DNA of 64,000 nucleotides from Candidatus Bathyarchaeota archaeon (GCA_963714275.1 CAVQNT010000001.1:1-64000); one strand, 5' to 3'. Positions 42,869 to 53,944 are shown, numbered from the stretch's first letter. Made by a program: numbers and translations. Notes: generated from the sequence alone by a model not told the origin.

Positions 42869-44719
42869 ATGCCGAGAGGATACGCTGGAAAGTTTCTTGA
42901 CATCGACTTGTCGAACGACAAGATCAAGGACATCACGTTCAGCGACGAGGTTCTCAGAAACTATGTTGGAGGAAGAGGACTCGCAGCAAGAATCCTGTGG
43001 GACAGACTTGGCAAAAAATGGCAAAAAGTAGACCCGCTTGGACCTGAAAACCTGTTCATGGCAATGTTGGGTCCGATGACGGCGATTTATCCGGGAGCAC
43101 GGGTTTGCATAACGGGAAAGTCGCCTCAGTGCAATGGCATAATCGGCTCCACGTGTAGCGGCGAGTTTCCTTCAGAACTAAAATGCGCAGGATACGATGG
43201 TGTCATCGTTTCAGGGAAGGCTGAAAAGCCAGTTTACATTCTCGTCACAGACGACAAAGCCGAAATTAGAGACGCCAAAAACGTTTGGGGCACCGAATCT
43301 CCTGACACGATTAGAATAATGAATAAAGAAGTCAGGGAAGAACTCACGAAACGGTTCCCGAAAGTAGGCAAATGGAAAGAACCCGGGATGATATACTGCG
43401 GACCAGCTGGCGAAAACCGTGTGAGAACAGCAGCTGTGCTTCAGAAGATTAGCCACGCTGCGGGGTACGGTGGCTACGGTGCTGTTATGGGTTCAAAAAA
43501 CCTCAAGGCAATCGTGGCTAAGGGAAGAAAGTCGCTTCCTGATGTGGCGAGTCCAGGCGCTGTGAGGCTTCTGTGGAGAGAGGTTGACAAGAGGCTCTGC
43601 AACAGGGAACGTGAATGGCCGACTGTTCATGGAACTGGTTACGGGGGTTACGAAACTGCAGCGTCGAGTAGTTCTGAACCAATTAGGAACTGGCAGGAAG
43701 AATGGCACGATGAGAAAGGGTTCGGTGGACCGAAATTTGATTACAAGTTTTGGGTGAAACGGTTGTGGAGCGACTTCAACTGTGCTGCGTGCTGCATGAA
43801 GCTCGCCGTTATTAAAACTGGACCTTACAAGGGAACCTTCACTGATGACCCTGACTACGAGTTGCAGGCTTACTGTGGACCGAACCTTGGAATCTTCGAC
43901 CCGGGCAAATGTATCTACATGGCGGCGCTTATGGATTACTTGGGTTATTCGGGCATCAATGGACCTAACACTTTTGCCTTCGCTGCGGAGCTCTACCAGA
44001 GAGGCATATTGACGGAGAAAGACATTGGGTTCAAGTTGAAGTGGGGAGACGTTGAAGCCTTCGAGAAGCTGGCAAGAAAAATCGTCAAGCGGGAAGGCAT
44101 CGGCGACGTGCTTGCGGAGGGAACCTACAGGGCGGCTTTGAAGATTTCGAAGATGAAAGGAGTCGACGTAACAAAATACGCGGTGCACGTCAAAGGCGTG
44201 GAGATTGGAGCCCACGGAACCCGAAGCGGACAAGACTATAGACCAATCGGGTACGCTTGTTCGCCTCAGTGCGGAGACCACACTTCCGGAGTTCACGACG
44301 CTTACGACGACATGGGGTCAGTGTTTTACGACTCAGCCGTTGTTTGCAGCTTCGTCATAGACTGGGAGCTCCTCTGGGACTATTACCGCGCAATCACAGG
44401 TTGGGAGACAACCCAAGACGAGTGGAACCGAGTGTTGGGACACAGGATAATGCACATTCAGAGGGCAGCGCTGCTTCTCGGGGGACCTGACATCGTTTGG
44501 GACCCAGCGGTTCACGACGACAACCCGCCGAGATATTATGAACCGTTGCCTTCAGGACCATATAAGGGCAAGACGACCGACAAGAAAGAAGTTGCGAAAC
44601 AAAAGAAACAGTTCTACAAAGCCATCGGATGGGACAAAAACGGCATACCCAAATCAATAGTCCTCAAGAAGCTCGGACTGGACGACGTCGACAAAGAAAT
44701 GGAGAAGCTAAGAAAATAA
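42869..44719 (+). CDS. Tungsten aldehyde:ferredoxin oxidoreductase family enzyme (WOR5-like)
   Basis: YVGGRGL, KSP, LKCAGYDG, GPAGEN, GAVMGSKNLKAI, PDYE. Confidence 0.92.
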   Translation: MPRGYAGKFLDIDLSNDKIKDITFSDEVLRNYVGGRGLAARILWDRLGKKWQKVDPLGPENLFMAMLGPMTAIYPGARVCITGKSPQCNGIIGSTCSGEFPSELKCAGYDGVIVSGKAEKPVYILVTDDKAEIRDAKNVWGTESPDTIRIMNKEVREELTKRFPKVGKWKEPGMIYCGPAGENRVRTAAVLQKISHAAGYGGYGAVMGSKNLKAIVAKGRKSLPDVASPGAVRLLWREVDKRLCNREREWPTVHGTGYGGYETAASSSSEPIRNWQEEWHDEKGFGGPKFDYKFWVKRLWSDFNCAACCMKLAVIKTGPYKGTFTDDPDYELQAYCGPNLGIFDPGKCIYMAALMDYLGYSGINGPNTFAFAAELYQRGILTEKDIGFKLKWGDVEAFEKLARKIVKREGIGDVLAEGTYRAALKISKMKGVDVTKYAVHVKGVEIGAHGTRSGQDYRPIGYACSPQCGDHTSGVHDAYDDMGSVFYDSAVVCSFVIDWELLWDYYRAITGWETTQDEWNRVLGHRIMHIQRAALLLGGPDIVWDPAVHDDNPPRYYEPLPSGPYKGKTTDKKEVAKQKKQFYKAIGWDKNGIPKSIVLKKLGLDDVDKEMEKLRK

Positions 44720-44792
44720 ACTCCTCCCTTTTCCTTTTTTTAATAGGGATTCTTTATTGGGAAGATAGGATAAACCATCATTCGAAAAGTGG

Positions 44793-45077
44793 TTGATCGT
44801 GAAGGTTAAGGTCAAAGCGTTGGGGCACCTTGCAGCCAGTCTGGGAAACGAAAAAATTGTTAAACTTGCAGATAGAGAGACAATAGAAGACTTGCTGTCT
44901 ATACTCAAAGAAAAAACAGCAACCGTACAAAAGGAAGCCCTATTCCGATTTGACCGCACCGAACCAGAACTCACAATACTCCTCAACGGACAAAACATCC
45001 AAACCCTTGATGGACTGAAAACCACCCTAAAAGACGGAGACTTAATTCTTCTGCTGCCAGCAGTACACGGCGGATAA
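44793..45077 (+). CDS. MoaD/ThiS/SAMP ubiquitin-like protein
   Basis: ILLNG..LKDGD..LPAVHGG with C-terminal GG. Confidence 0.9.
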   Translation: MIVKVKVKALGHLAASLGNEKIVKLADRETIEDLLSILKEKTATVQKEALFRFDRTEPELTILLNGQNIQTLDGLKTTLKDGDLILLLPAVHGG

Positions 45078-45270
45078 ATCCACCTTTATCTATTGTTGTT
45101 TTGATTCGTAAATGAGCAAAAAATTCTTTGTGGTTTCATTTCAGAAAATAGTAACTTAATACATGAAAGCAGGGTTTATTGAAGACATAAACTTGTAGTG
45201 AGGCAGTCAAACTTTTTTGGTATAGCAGAATTGTGTGTTTTCGCCAAAAGCTTTATTAGTTCGCTATTTA

Positions 45271-45285
45271 TCAAATTATATTTGA
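45271..45285. promoter_or_regulatory. Inverted repeat TCAAAT-N3-ATTTGA, putative ArsR auto-operator
   Basis: Lies between the TTTATTA box (45252-45258) and ATG 45312. Confidence 0.45.
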
Positions 45286-45311
45286 CAAAAAACTAATTTA
45301 ATTCAACGTAA

Positions 45312-45959
45312 ATGGATTTGAGTTCTATGTTCGGTAAAAAAGACGATGAGGAAATCAAAAATCTTAGAGAACAAGTGGAAAAGCTTAAAGAACAAATAAA
45401 TGGGCTTTCTAAGCAGCTCGAACCCAAAAAAGAAGAACAACCAGAAAAGGTTGAGGAACTGAAAAAGGAGCAGCCTACCCAGTCAAGTGATGCCGCTTGG
45501 AAATTCGACGCTTTCGGCGACAGACTCGGCGAGTACATTGGCGGCTTAGTTGAAGGCGTCATGGACAACGTGATGAAGGACCTTGACCGCTCCTTAGGCG
45601 GATATTCCAATTTTAAATTTAAACCCGAATTCAAATTTAACCCCGAAAAACCTGCAGAAAAGGAAGCCTTAAAGGTTAATCCTAAAGCTGCGGCGGATTT
45701 GATGAACGCCCTTGGGCACGAAAACAGAGTCACGATTCTCGGTGAACTGGTTTCTGGCGGACATTATGCGAGTGAGCTTCAGGAAAAAATTCCAAACATA
45801 GGAGCCAGCACGCTTTCAAGCCACTTGGACGTTCTCGAGAAGGCTGGGCTTGTTGTTCAGGAGAAGGCTCGAGGACGGTACCTGATCACGATGCCTGGAA
45901 GGCTTGCATACCAGATGGCGAACGAAATAGCGAAGCAGGTTGAACAAAACTCACTTTAA
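45312..45959 (+). CDS. ArsR-family winged-HTH regulator with N-terminal coiled coil
   Basis: ALGHENRVTIL...STLSSHLDVLEKAGLV. Confidence 0.85.
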   Translation: MDLSSMFGKKDDEEIKNLREQVEKLKEQINGLSKQLEPKKEEQPEKVEELKKEQPTQSSDAAWKFDAFGDRLGEYIGGLVEGVMDNVMKDLDRSLGGYSNFKFKPEFKFNPEKPAEKEALKVNPKAAADLMNALGHENRVTILGELVSGGHYASELQEKIPNIGASTLSSHLDVLEKAGLVVQEKARGRYLITMPGRLAYQMANEIAKQVEQNSL

Positions 45960-46085
45960 CTCACTGAACTCTTAAGCCCTTTCGTGAAGTGAACCATTTA
46001 TCTGGTCACTTTTTAACAGAACAGTTAATTCAAGTGACCATACGTATGTTTTTGTAAAAGCGTACCCGATCAGCAGTGAACCATT

Positions 46086-47054
46086 ATGGAAGCCCCCGTC
46101 ATCTGCGAAGACCTAGTTAAGGTGTACAACGGCAAAAAAAAGGTCACGGCACTCAACCACCTAAGCTTGGACGTTAAAGAAGGCGAGGTTTTCGGGCTGC
46201 TTGGACCAAACGGGGCGGGAAAGACGACTCTTGTCAGGATTTTAACAACGCTTCTGAAGGCAACTGGGGGTCATGCGGAAGTCGGAGGCTTCGACGTTGA
46301 CAAGCAAGAGAATAAGGTGCGACAAATCATCGGCTACGCAGGCCAAGATTCGGAACGGTCCGCTTACTGGAGGCTGAGCGTCCGAGAGAACCTTTTGTAT
46401 TTCGCCTACGCGTTGAGGGACGTGCCCTACAAAGTCGCCAAGGAAAGGACTGAAGAAATTGCTGCAGGCGTTGGGTTCACGGACCGTTTGGACAGGCACT
46501 TCATCGCGTTGTCTGGGGGCGAGAAGCAGCTCGTCATCGTCATGAGGGCTATCATCCACAACCCGCAGGTGTGCTTCCTCGACGAGCCTTCCAAGAGCCT
46601 TGACCCGATGACTGGGCGCCGAGCTCGGACTTACCTCAAAAAGTACGCTCAGGACCACGGGATGACCCTCGTGATTACGACGCACAACATGCTTGAGGCT
46701 GAAGAGGTCTGCGACAGGCTGGCGCTCATAGACCATGGGACGGTGAAGTTCATAGGCACATCCTCCGAGTTTAAGAAACGGGTCACAGTAAAAGAGACGT
46801 TGGAGATTGGCGTTAATAATCTCAGCCAAGAGTTGGAGTCTAACCTTCTGGCGTTGCCTGGTGTAAGGAGCATGTCCCGCAGTCCAAGTGTGAGGTTGCA
46901 CTGCGACGACGCCTTCAGCATTCTGTCCGACGTTGTGGATTTGCTTAAACATTCAGGTCTAAAAGTTCCAGTGCGGATGGTTGAGCCTTCCCTTGAGGAC
47001 GCGTTTGCGTTTTTCGTTGAGAATGGTGAGGACGAGGTGAAAACAGGTGCCTAG
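46086..47054 (+). CDS. ABC-2 exporter ATP-binding protein
   Basis: GPNGAGKT, LSGGE, FLDEP, TTH. Confidence 0.93.
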   Translation: MEAPVICEDLVKVYNGKKKVTALNHLSLDVKEGEVFGLLGPNGAGKTTLVRILTTLLKATGGHAEVGGFDVDKQENKVRQIIGYAGQDSERSAYWRLSVRENLLYFAYALRDVPYKVAKERTEEIAAGVGFTDRLDRHFIALSGGEKQLVIVMRAIIHNPQVCFLDEPSKSLDPMTGRRARTYLKKYAQDHGMTLVITTHNMLEAEEVCDRLALIDHGTVKFIGTSSEFKKRVTVKETLEIGVNNLSQELESNLLALPGVRSMSRSPSVRLHCDDAFSILSDVVDLLKHSGLKVPVRMVEPSLEDAFAFFVENGEDEVKTGA

Positions 47055-47858
47055 CGCGGTTAAACTGTTTTACATGTCGGTTTGGCGGAACCTTTTAACC
47101 ATGACACGTTACAAGGCGAACTTCATTTTTGAGATGCTGGGAAGCGTCCTGTTCGGATTCGGCATGCTTATTTTGGCTATGGCATTTGACACTAACATGC
47201 TTGGCAACTTGGTGGGCTCAACGAACTATGTGGCCTTCATCATCCTCGGCATTAGCTTCCAAAGTTGGCAGAATACGGCTCTTTGGGGTTCAGCAGGCAT
47301 GTTCCAAGGTGAACTTAGCTCAGGCCAAATTGACTACACGTTTAGCTGCCCATTTTCGAGGTACTGGTACATCGCAAGCAACATAGCTGCCTCAGCGTTG
47401 CAGTCCACAATATTCTTTGCTCCCATGTTCTGCGTTGCATTGTATTTCACCAGCTCAACCTTGACTCCACTCGGGCTTTTCCTAGGGTTAACAGCAACCA
47501 TGGTCTCCGTGGCTGCAGTGGCACAATTAGGCGCCATATTCGCCAGTTTGGTCTTAAAGTTCAGGCAGACCACAGCAATCTTTAGCTTCTTCAACTTCGC
47601 CTTTCAGATGCTCACAGGCATGTTTGTTCCGTTCCAGCTGACTTCCGGTACCGTTGCAGATTGTGGGGTACTCCTTGCCCTTAACATTCGGTATGGACTT
47701 GTTGAGATACTACGTGATGGAAACAAGACCGATCATGCCCGTTACATACGAATGGGCGGGACTATTCCTGCAGCTAGTAATCTTCGCCGTGATTGCTAAG
47801 CTTAACAGTCCTCTACCTTGAAAAATCAGCCAAAGAGCAAGGACTACACTACCTCTAA
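47047..47858 (+). CDS. ABC-2 permease (indels ~47640 and ~47805)
   Basis: Multi-TM; alternative frame continues PLQIVGYSLPLTFGMDLLRYY...EKSAKEQGLHYL*. Confidence 0.85.
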
Positions 47859-48139
47859 GGCACTAATATTGCCATGTCTTAAAGCACCGCAAGTAGAGAT
47901 GGCTTATGACGGCTTAAAAGAAAAGAGAATTATCCAGATAGCCAATTTTTACTGTCCTTCTAAGGAATCTCCATTGATTATAAAGCCACGGTTTTTTAAA
48001 ATTTTTAGGTGTTATTTTTTTATGTCTTTTCCACTACCATGAAGACCTACTTTCTTCCGCAACATCTAGCTGGATGACTACCTAATCCCAATAACCTATA
48101 TCTTGTTATTCACTCTCATTTCTTTAAGGAATTATCAAA

Positions 48140-48944
48140 TTGCAGCTCAATCTTAAAGACAAGATCGCCATCGTGACTGGTGGAGCATCAGGCGTAGGTA
48201 GAGGAATAGACTATGGGTCTTGCAGAAGAGCTTGCACATGTAGTCATTGCAGACATAAATGTCGAGAAGGCTTCGAAAGTAAAAGATGAGATAGGGGAGA
48301 AGTTCCCCGAAGCCACTTGTATTGCTCTTGAAGTAGACGTCACTTGCGAGAAGAGCGTCAAACATCTAGTCCGGGAGACAGTTGACAGGTTCGGTTCGGT
48401 TCACATACTTGTGAACAATGTGGGCGTGGCAATCCCCCACTTTATTCAGGATGTCACAGAAAAAGACTTCAAGACAACCATGGATGTGAACGTAAAGGGG
48501 GCAGTTCATTGCGTAAAAGCGGTCTCTCCGTATATGAAACGTCAAAGATATGGGAGAATCATCAACATCAGCTCAATGTCAGGTGTTGTAGGTAGCGCCG
48601 GACTATCTGTTTATTCTATGAGCAAGTTTGCCTTAAGAGGGCTTACCCATGCGTTGGGACGTGAACTGGGACGATTCGGGATCACCGTGAACGCAATAGC
48701 GCCAACCGATATATACGAAACGGGGAGCTGGAGTCAAAACCCAAGCCTCTACGAGATCTCTATTAAGAAGGAGGGAGTGAGGTCGCCTGAAGAATTGATA
48801 AAGAGGAGAATTGGCAAGATTCCAGTCAGAAGAGCATGCACAATTGAGGACGTGGCAAACTTGGTGGTTTTCTTAAGTTCTGAGAGAGTAGACTTCATCA
48901 ATTGCCAGACGATTCTGCTCAACGGAGGTTTGATGCCAACTTGA
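48140..48944 (+). CDS. SDR oxidoreductase, sorbitol-6-phosphate dehydrogenase-like (frameshift ~48210)
   Basis: Upstream frame LKDKIAIVTGGASGVG; YSMSK; C-terminal KIPVRRAC resembles SrlD. Confidence 0.8.
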
Positions 48945-48948
48945 GGGA

Positions 48949-50505
48949 GTGTTTACTTTGTACAAACGGCAATCAAGGCTGAACCTTAAACCCGGTGATA
49001 TCTATAAAGAAAAAAATAGGAAAACAAGAGTTGAAGGCGTCGCTGTAGGCGGCATGAATGCTCTCGTCTATTATGGCGTCGGCAACTTCAGAGTGGTAGA
49101 TGACCGACCTATCTTCTACACACCAAACGATCTTGTCGTCAAGGTCAGCATGATTCATCGTTGCGGAACAGAAGTCAGATACTACTACGAAGGAAACAGT
49201 AAAACAGATAATATTCTATTGAGTGAACTAGGCGATCTTACAAACCTCAAAGGATCCTTTGATCAATCAAACCTAGGAGAATATGTGCGCTTTCTCAAAA
49301 CAGACGAGGCAAACAGGCAAGTTGAAGATGAACTCTACAGGAACTTAGTGAGGCATTGGGGAACCCTGACCAAAGAACAAAGAGTTCATTTTGCTGGCAG
49401 CCTTTTCAGGGAGTGGGGCAGGGTCGTTGGTCATGAGATGGTTGGAACAATTGAAAAAGTCGGTTCGAATGTTAAGAATTTAACCAAACCTTTAGGATAC
49501 ACAAGCACTTGGCTTCGTCGTCTGCCTAGAGAGTATCTTGACTTCAAGGAAGGTGAAAGAGTTATTCTTCAGACAAGGTGCGCTCGATACAGGGATCCTC
49601 CCGAGTTTCTGCAAAAAGAAAATGTTGCTGGTGTCCAGCTTCTTGGAATGGACATCGAGGACGTTTCTAGAACACTTGACGGTGGGTTTGCGCAGTACGT
49701 GCGAATTACGCCTGAGCTGATCCGAAGTGGATGCGTCACAAGGGTGCCAAATGGAATAAGCGACACGGAAGCTGCCTTAGTCGAGCCTACGGCCTGTCTT
49801 GTTGATTGCCTTGACCTTTCTGTTCATCCGGAAGGTCAGAGCGAGAACGGCAATATAATGAAGAAGGGAGTGCGAAGAGGAGGCGTGACTGTTATAATGG
49901 GTTCAGGAGCAATGGCATTTATTGCAGCTGAAGTGGCATTAACAGTTGATGAACAGATGCAGGTAGGTGGTGCATCTAAGGTAATCATGTTCGTCAGAAG
50001 CGAGGAGAAAGCCATGCTTGCCGAGAAACTCTTTGGCGGAAGATTCGCGGGTATGATTGAATTCTTCGTTTACGATTCGAATCTGTCTCATGAAGAGAAC
50101 GCGAGACGATTCAGAAGGCAATATAGCAAATTATCCGCTATTGATGATGTTTTCATCGCTGCAGGCGATGCCAGTGCGGTTGAGTTAGCGCATAGAATCG
50201 TTTCTGGCACAGGTTGGAGAATCCATGCGTTCGCTGGAACCAAGGGTAATATCAGAGTGGAGAGCGGAATCTGGCATTATAGTAATTCTGGAACCCAAGG
50301 TTTAAGCGGGTGTAACACCAGAGCTATGGAGAATGTTTTGAGAATGATTGAAAGAGGCACCATTGAACTAGCAAAGTTCTCGGGGAACAGATACAGCTTC
50401 AAGGATCTTGAGGAGGACCCCAGCAATTTCTTCAAAGATAAGCATCTGCGACCCGCGTTGCTGCCGAATGACGGATTATCGGAAGTTGAGTGGAGAGAAA
50501 AATAG
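48949..50505 (+). CDS. Zn-dependent MDR dehydrogenase, sorbose-1-phosphate-reductase-like, with insertions
   Basis: CGTE, GHE, DGGFAQY, LVEPTAC, GSGAMA. Confidence 0.8.
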   Translation: MFTLYKRQSRLNLKPGDIYKEKNRKTRVEGVAVGGMNALVYYGVGNFRVVDDRPIFYTPNDLVVKVSMIHRCGTEVRYYYEGNSKTDNILLSELGDLTNLKGSFDQSNLGEYVRFLKTDEANRQVEDELYRNLVRHWGTLTKEQRVHFAGSLFREWGRVVGHEMVGTIEKVGSNVKNLTKPLGYTSTWLRRLPREYLDFKEGERVILQTRCARYRDPPEFLQKENVAGVQLLGMDIEDVSRTLDGGFAQYVRITPELIRSGCVTRVPNGISDTEAALVEPTACLVDCLDLSVHPEGQSENGNIMKKGVRRGGVTVIMGSGAMAFIAAEVALTVDEQMQVGGASKVIMFVRSEEKAMLAEKLFGGRFAGMIEFFVYDSNLSHEENARRFRRQYSKLSAIDDVFIAAGDASAVELAHRIVSGTGWRIHAFAGTKGNIRVESGIWHYSNSGTQGLSGCNTRAMENVLRMIERGTIELAKFSGNRYSFKDLEEDPSNFFKDKHLRPALLPNDGLSEVEWREK

Positions 50506-50569
50506 GAAACGTGACCAGAATCCGTCAGGAGTCTTAGCTGAGGTCGAAGCATGGAGTCGTTCGACAGCA

Positions 50570-50792
50570 GAGACGCCAATTCGAGTGCGCTTCCTCTGGT
50601 CTCGAAATAGTTATCGATCAGATTTTTAACTTCCTCTCTCACAAGTCTCTGGGCAAAAGGAACATCCTTGGCATTTAGCTCCTTCTTATACTTCTGGCGA
50701 ATTGCAGTTTCAATATTGATCTTTGTTGCGCCGTTCCTGATCTCGGCTTTTATGTTCCCCTTATTTATCTCGGAGTTAGCTAAAACCAGCAT
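50570..50792 (-). pseudogene. C-terminal remnant of class II fructose/tagatose-bisphosphate aldolase
   Basis: MLVL..SEI...IRNGATKINIETAIR resembles PLVLHGGSG...GxxKINxxT; N-terminal two-thirds absent. Confidence 0.6.
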
Positions 50793-50825
50793 ATGAGATA
50801 TGTCAGGTAAACTTTTTTACTAACT

Positions 50826-51731
50826 TTACAATTTAGGCTTTGCGTTCTCCAAGAACTTATCTACTTCTTTACGAGTGGGAATTCCAGCTCTACCTCCGAT
50901 TCTCCTGCATTTCATCGCAGCCACGGCGTTAGAGAACTCAGCGATCTTTCTCAAATCCCAATTCTGTAGAATCCCGTAGATGAACGCTCCGTGAAATACA
51001 TCCCCACTTCCCGTAGTGTCTACCACGTTAACCTCAAAGGCTGGTTGCATAAATGCGTCTCCTTTTGATCTGCATAAACATCCCTTCTCCCCGAGTGTGA
51101 ATACAACAGTCTCAGGTCCAAAGGAACTAATGTTCTCTGCTGCCTCAAAATAGTCGTCGCTTGAAGCGAAATTCTTAGCGAAGACTTCTGAGCCTATCGC
51201 TACATCTGCTGATCTCACCAATCTCTGTAGTCGAGAATCGATTGTATCGATATCCAATACAACCATCTTGCCTGCCTTTTTAAACCATCCAGCCGCCACT
51301 AAAGCCGCTTCAGGTTCGTGCTGATCTACGTGAAGTATTTTCGCTGAGAGCATGAACTCTTCGTCCATTTCGTCGGGAAACAAGGGTTTCATTCGTTTGT
51401 GCCACAATATAGTCCTCTTACCGGTTTCTTTGTCGACGATGGAGAATGCGAAGATTGATGAACCGCCTTTCTCGACTACTATATGGCTGGTATCCACATT
51501 TTCTTTCTTGAATTCATTGACTATGAACCTACCCAGCTCGTCATCCCCGATCTTCCCGACAAATGAGGTCCTAATTCCTAGCCTAGAAAGAGTCACCAAG
51601 GCTGTTGCCGCTTCGCCTCCTCCTTGACGGTGAATCTCCAGCATCCTTAATCTCTCATCCAATGCTGGATAATAAGGAACTATCCCTAAGGAGTCACAAG
51701 CAGAAGCCCCCAGCCCGATAACATCGAACAT
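50826..51731 (-). CDS. PfkB-family sugar kinase
   Basis: GGGEAATA, GKIGDD, DTTGSGDVFHG. Confidence 0.92.
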   Translation of the reverse strand: MFDVIGLGASACDSLGIVPYYPALDERLRMLEIHRQGGGEAATALVTLSRLGIRTSFVGKIGDDELGRFIVNEFKKENVDTSHIVVEKGGSSIFAFSIVDKETGKRTILWHKRMKPLFPDEMDEEFMLSAKILHVDQHEPEAALVAAGWFKKAGKMVVLDIDTIDSRLQRLVRSADVAIGSEVFAKNFASSDDYFEAAENISSFGPETVVFTLGEKGCLCRSKGDAFMQPAFEVNVVDTTGSGDVFHGAFIYGILQNWDLRKIAEFSNAVAAMKCRRIGGRAGIPTRKEVDKFLENAKPKL

Positions 51732-51897
51732 TTTTTCTCGCCACCTACAATCTTGTCTACAAAGTTTTGAGCTTCATTATGTTACTTGTGAAGCTGCTAT
51801 ACCGAAACTTCCAAGCACGTAATATGTTTTATGCTTTGCTGACTGACTCTTAAAACCTTGTGAATTCACTCTTTCTGGCTAGCTAGTTTGGGGATAG

Positions 51898-52090
51898 ATG
51901 CAGTGTAACTTTCTTCTGTTAGCGATGGAGGCTCTTAACTGCCAGATACGAGAGGTTTCAGCTGAGGCTAAGAGTTTGGTTAGGGAGAGTGAGGACGCTA
52001 TGTTGTTGACTTCTATTCATGGTGTCGGACACTACAACGCGCTGTTGTTCATTGCTGAAATTGGTGACGTGAACAAGTTTCTGACTCTGA
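51898..52090 (+). mobile_element. IS110-family transposase fragment
   Basis: LLTSIHGVGHYNALLFIAEIGDVNKF matches the IS110 L.SIPGVG...AEIGD..RF motif; no DEDD domain. Confidence 0.7.
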
Positions 52091-52169
52091 TAAGCTCTGC
52101 TTCTATCGAGACTGGTTCTTTCTATTGGTTGACTGTAAAACAGGCTTTTCTCCATACCGGCTGGCTGAC

Positions 52170-52388
52170 TTGTCTTGCCCCAGGCTTGCCATGAGTGATC
52201 TGCGGCATCATTAAGATAATACAATTGGGAGAGACCAGGAGGATAGTCCTCTTTAAAACTGCGGTTTTTGACATCTCTGCCCATATACTGCTGATATTAT
52301 TGTCAATGAACTCCATGAAGTTGCCATATATTAGAGGCGAAATTGTGTCCTCACAAAGAGGTTTCGAACTATTCTTAATCTGAACCAT
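52170..52388 (-). pseudogene. N-terminal remnant of a GH51 alpha-L-arabinofuranosidase-like protein
   Basis: ISPLIYGNFMEFI..IWAEM, then KNRSF in a shifted frame. Confidence 0.6.
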
Positions 52389-52576
52389 TTTCAAATCAGC
52401 AAAACAGGATAAATGCTTAGCCCGTTTAATAGGGATCCACCCCAAATCTTAACTTCAAAAACATCTGCACAAAACGCTGACAGAAAGACAATAACACCAT
52501 GTAACATATTGCAGATCACTTGTATGACCCTTCGAAACTGATAAATATCAGATATTAGACTTGAGCATGAAACAAA

Positions 52577-53944
52577 ATGTCAACTTCCAAAGTTGGTTTT
52601 ATACCCTGTGGCGTTCATGTTAAAATGAAAGATACTTTTGGTCGTCCTTTGATTGACCATCAAATGATTGAACAAGCGGTGAACAGCCTAAAAGACATTG
52701 GGCTTGATGTTTACAGATTCAATGAATTTGTACGCACAAAGAAAGGCGCAGCAATGGCTATAAACAATGTAGAAAAAGAAAACGTGGATTGCATAATACT
52801 TTATGTGGCTTCATGGCTTTGGGCATCAGAGATTGTCGGCGCAGCAACTTCCAGTTCTAAGCCAATTCTCATATGGACAACTCCGATTTCACAAGGCTGG
52901 GGGACTGGTGGAGCGCTGGTGCTTCATGGAGCATTCGACGAGATTGACCTCAAGCACAAATTTGTCTACGGCTTCCCAGATGACCCCGAGACCATGAAAA
53001 AAATCAAGGGCTACGCCAATGCAGCAAGAATAGTAAATCGGTTGAAGGGATCGACTGTTGGCTTGATAGGAGGAATCAGCATGGGCGCCTTTCCAGGAAG
53101 GGTCGACGAAGCCTTTTGGATGCAAAAGTTCAGCATTAACGTAGATCACGTTGACCAATACGCGATCATCAAAAAGCTGAGCAGATTTCAAAAGACGAAG
53201 TTACAAGGGAATATAAAGAATTAAAGAACATCGCGGGCGATGTTCCTCCCTCAGATGATGTCATGGATCGATCCCTAAGACTCTACTTGGCTATGAAGAA
53301 AGTCATTCAAGAGAACGCGTTTGATTTTACCGCTCTCAAATGTTTCCCAGAAATAGGAGACAATTATGCCACTGCCTGCCTTGCTCAAAGCCTACTTGGA
53401 AACGAGGGCTTTACAAGCGCATGTATAGGAGACTTGAACACAGCCCTCACAGCATACATACTTCAGCTGCTAAGCGGTTTTTCAGTTTTCAACCCAGATA
53501 TACAGCGAGTAAGAAAAAGTGATGGCGTTGTTGTGCTTACTTCTGATGGAACTTGCCCCCTAAATATTGCAGAGAACAAAAAAGAAGTCAAGCTTAGCAA
53601 ACGAGGAGTGTTTGGAGAAGGCGACGCAGACGGAATCTGCGTAGGTCTTATATGCAAACCTGGACCAGTAACACTTGCTCGGCTGATGAGAATTAAGGGG
53701 AAATACTTTATGCACATTTCTCTAGGCGAGTCATACATCCCATCCAAGTCAAAATTACAAAAAGAGGCTAAATGAATGTGGCTTTCCTTGTTGGCCTCAT
53801 GCCTTTATCAAGCTCAAAGGAGACGTTGACCAGTTCGTTCAAAACCAAAGAAGCGAATACATCTCCATGTGCTACGGTGATCTTAAAGAAGAATTGCTGG
53901 ATCTCTGTTACTTGCTTGACATTGAGCCGATAATCACGGATTAA
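52577..53944 (+). CDS. L-fucose/L-arabinose isomerase family protein (two indels)
   Basis: LKCFPE, AC.GD, KPGPVTLARL, WPHAF C-terminus. Confidence 0.8.

Noticed and set aside
43493-46952. Long antisense ORFs (267 aa at 43493-44296; 236 aa at 46242-46952)
   Set aside because: Antisense shadows of the well-supported AOR and ABC ATPase genes
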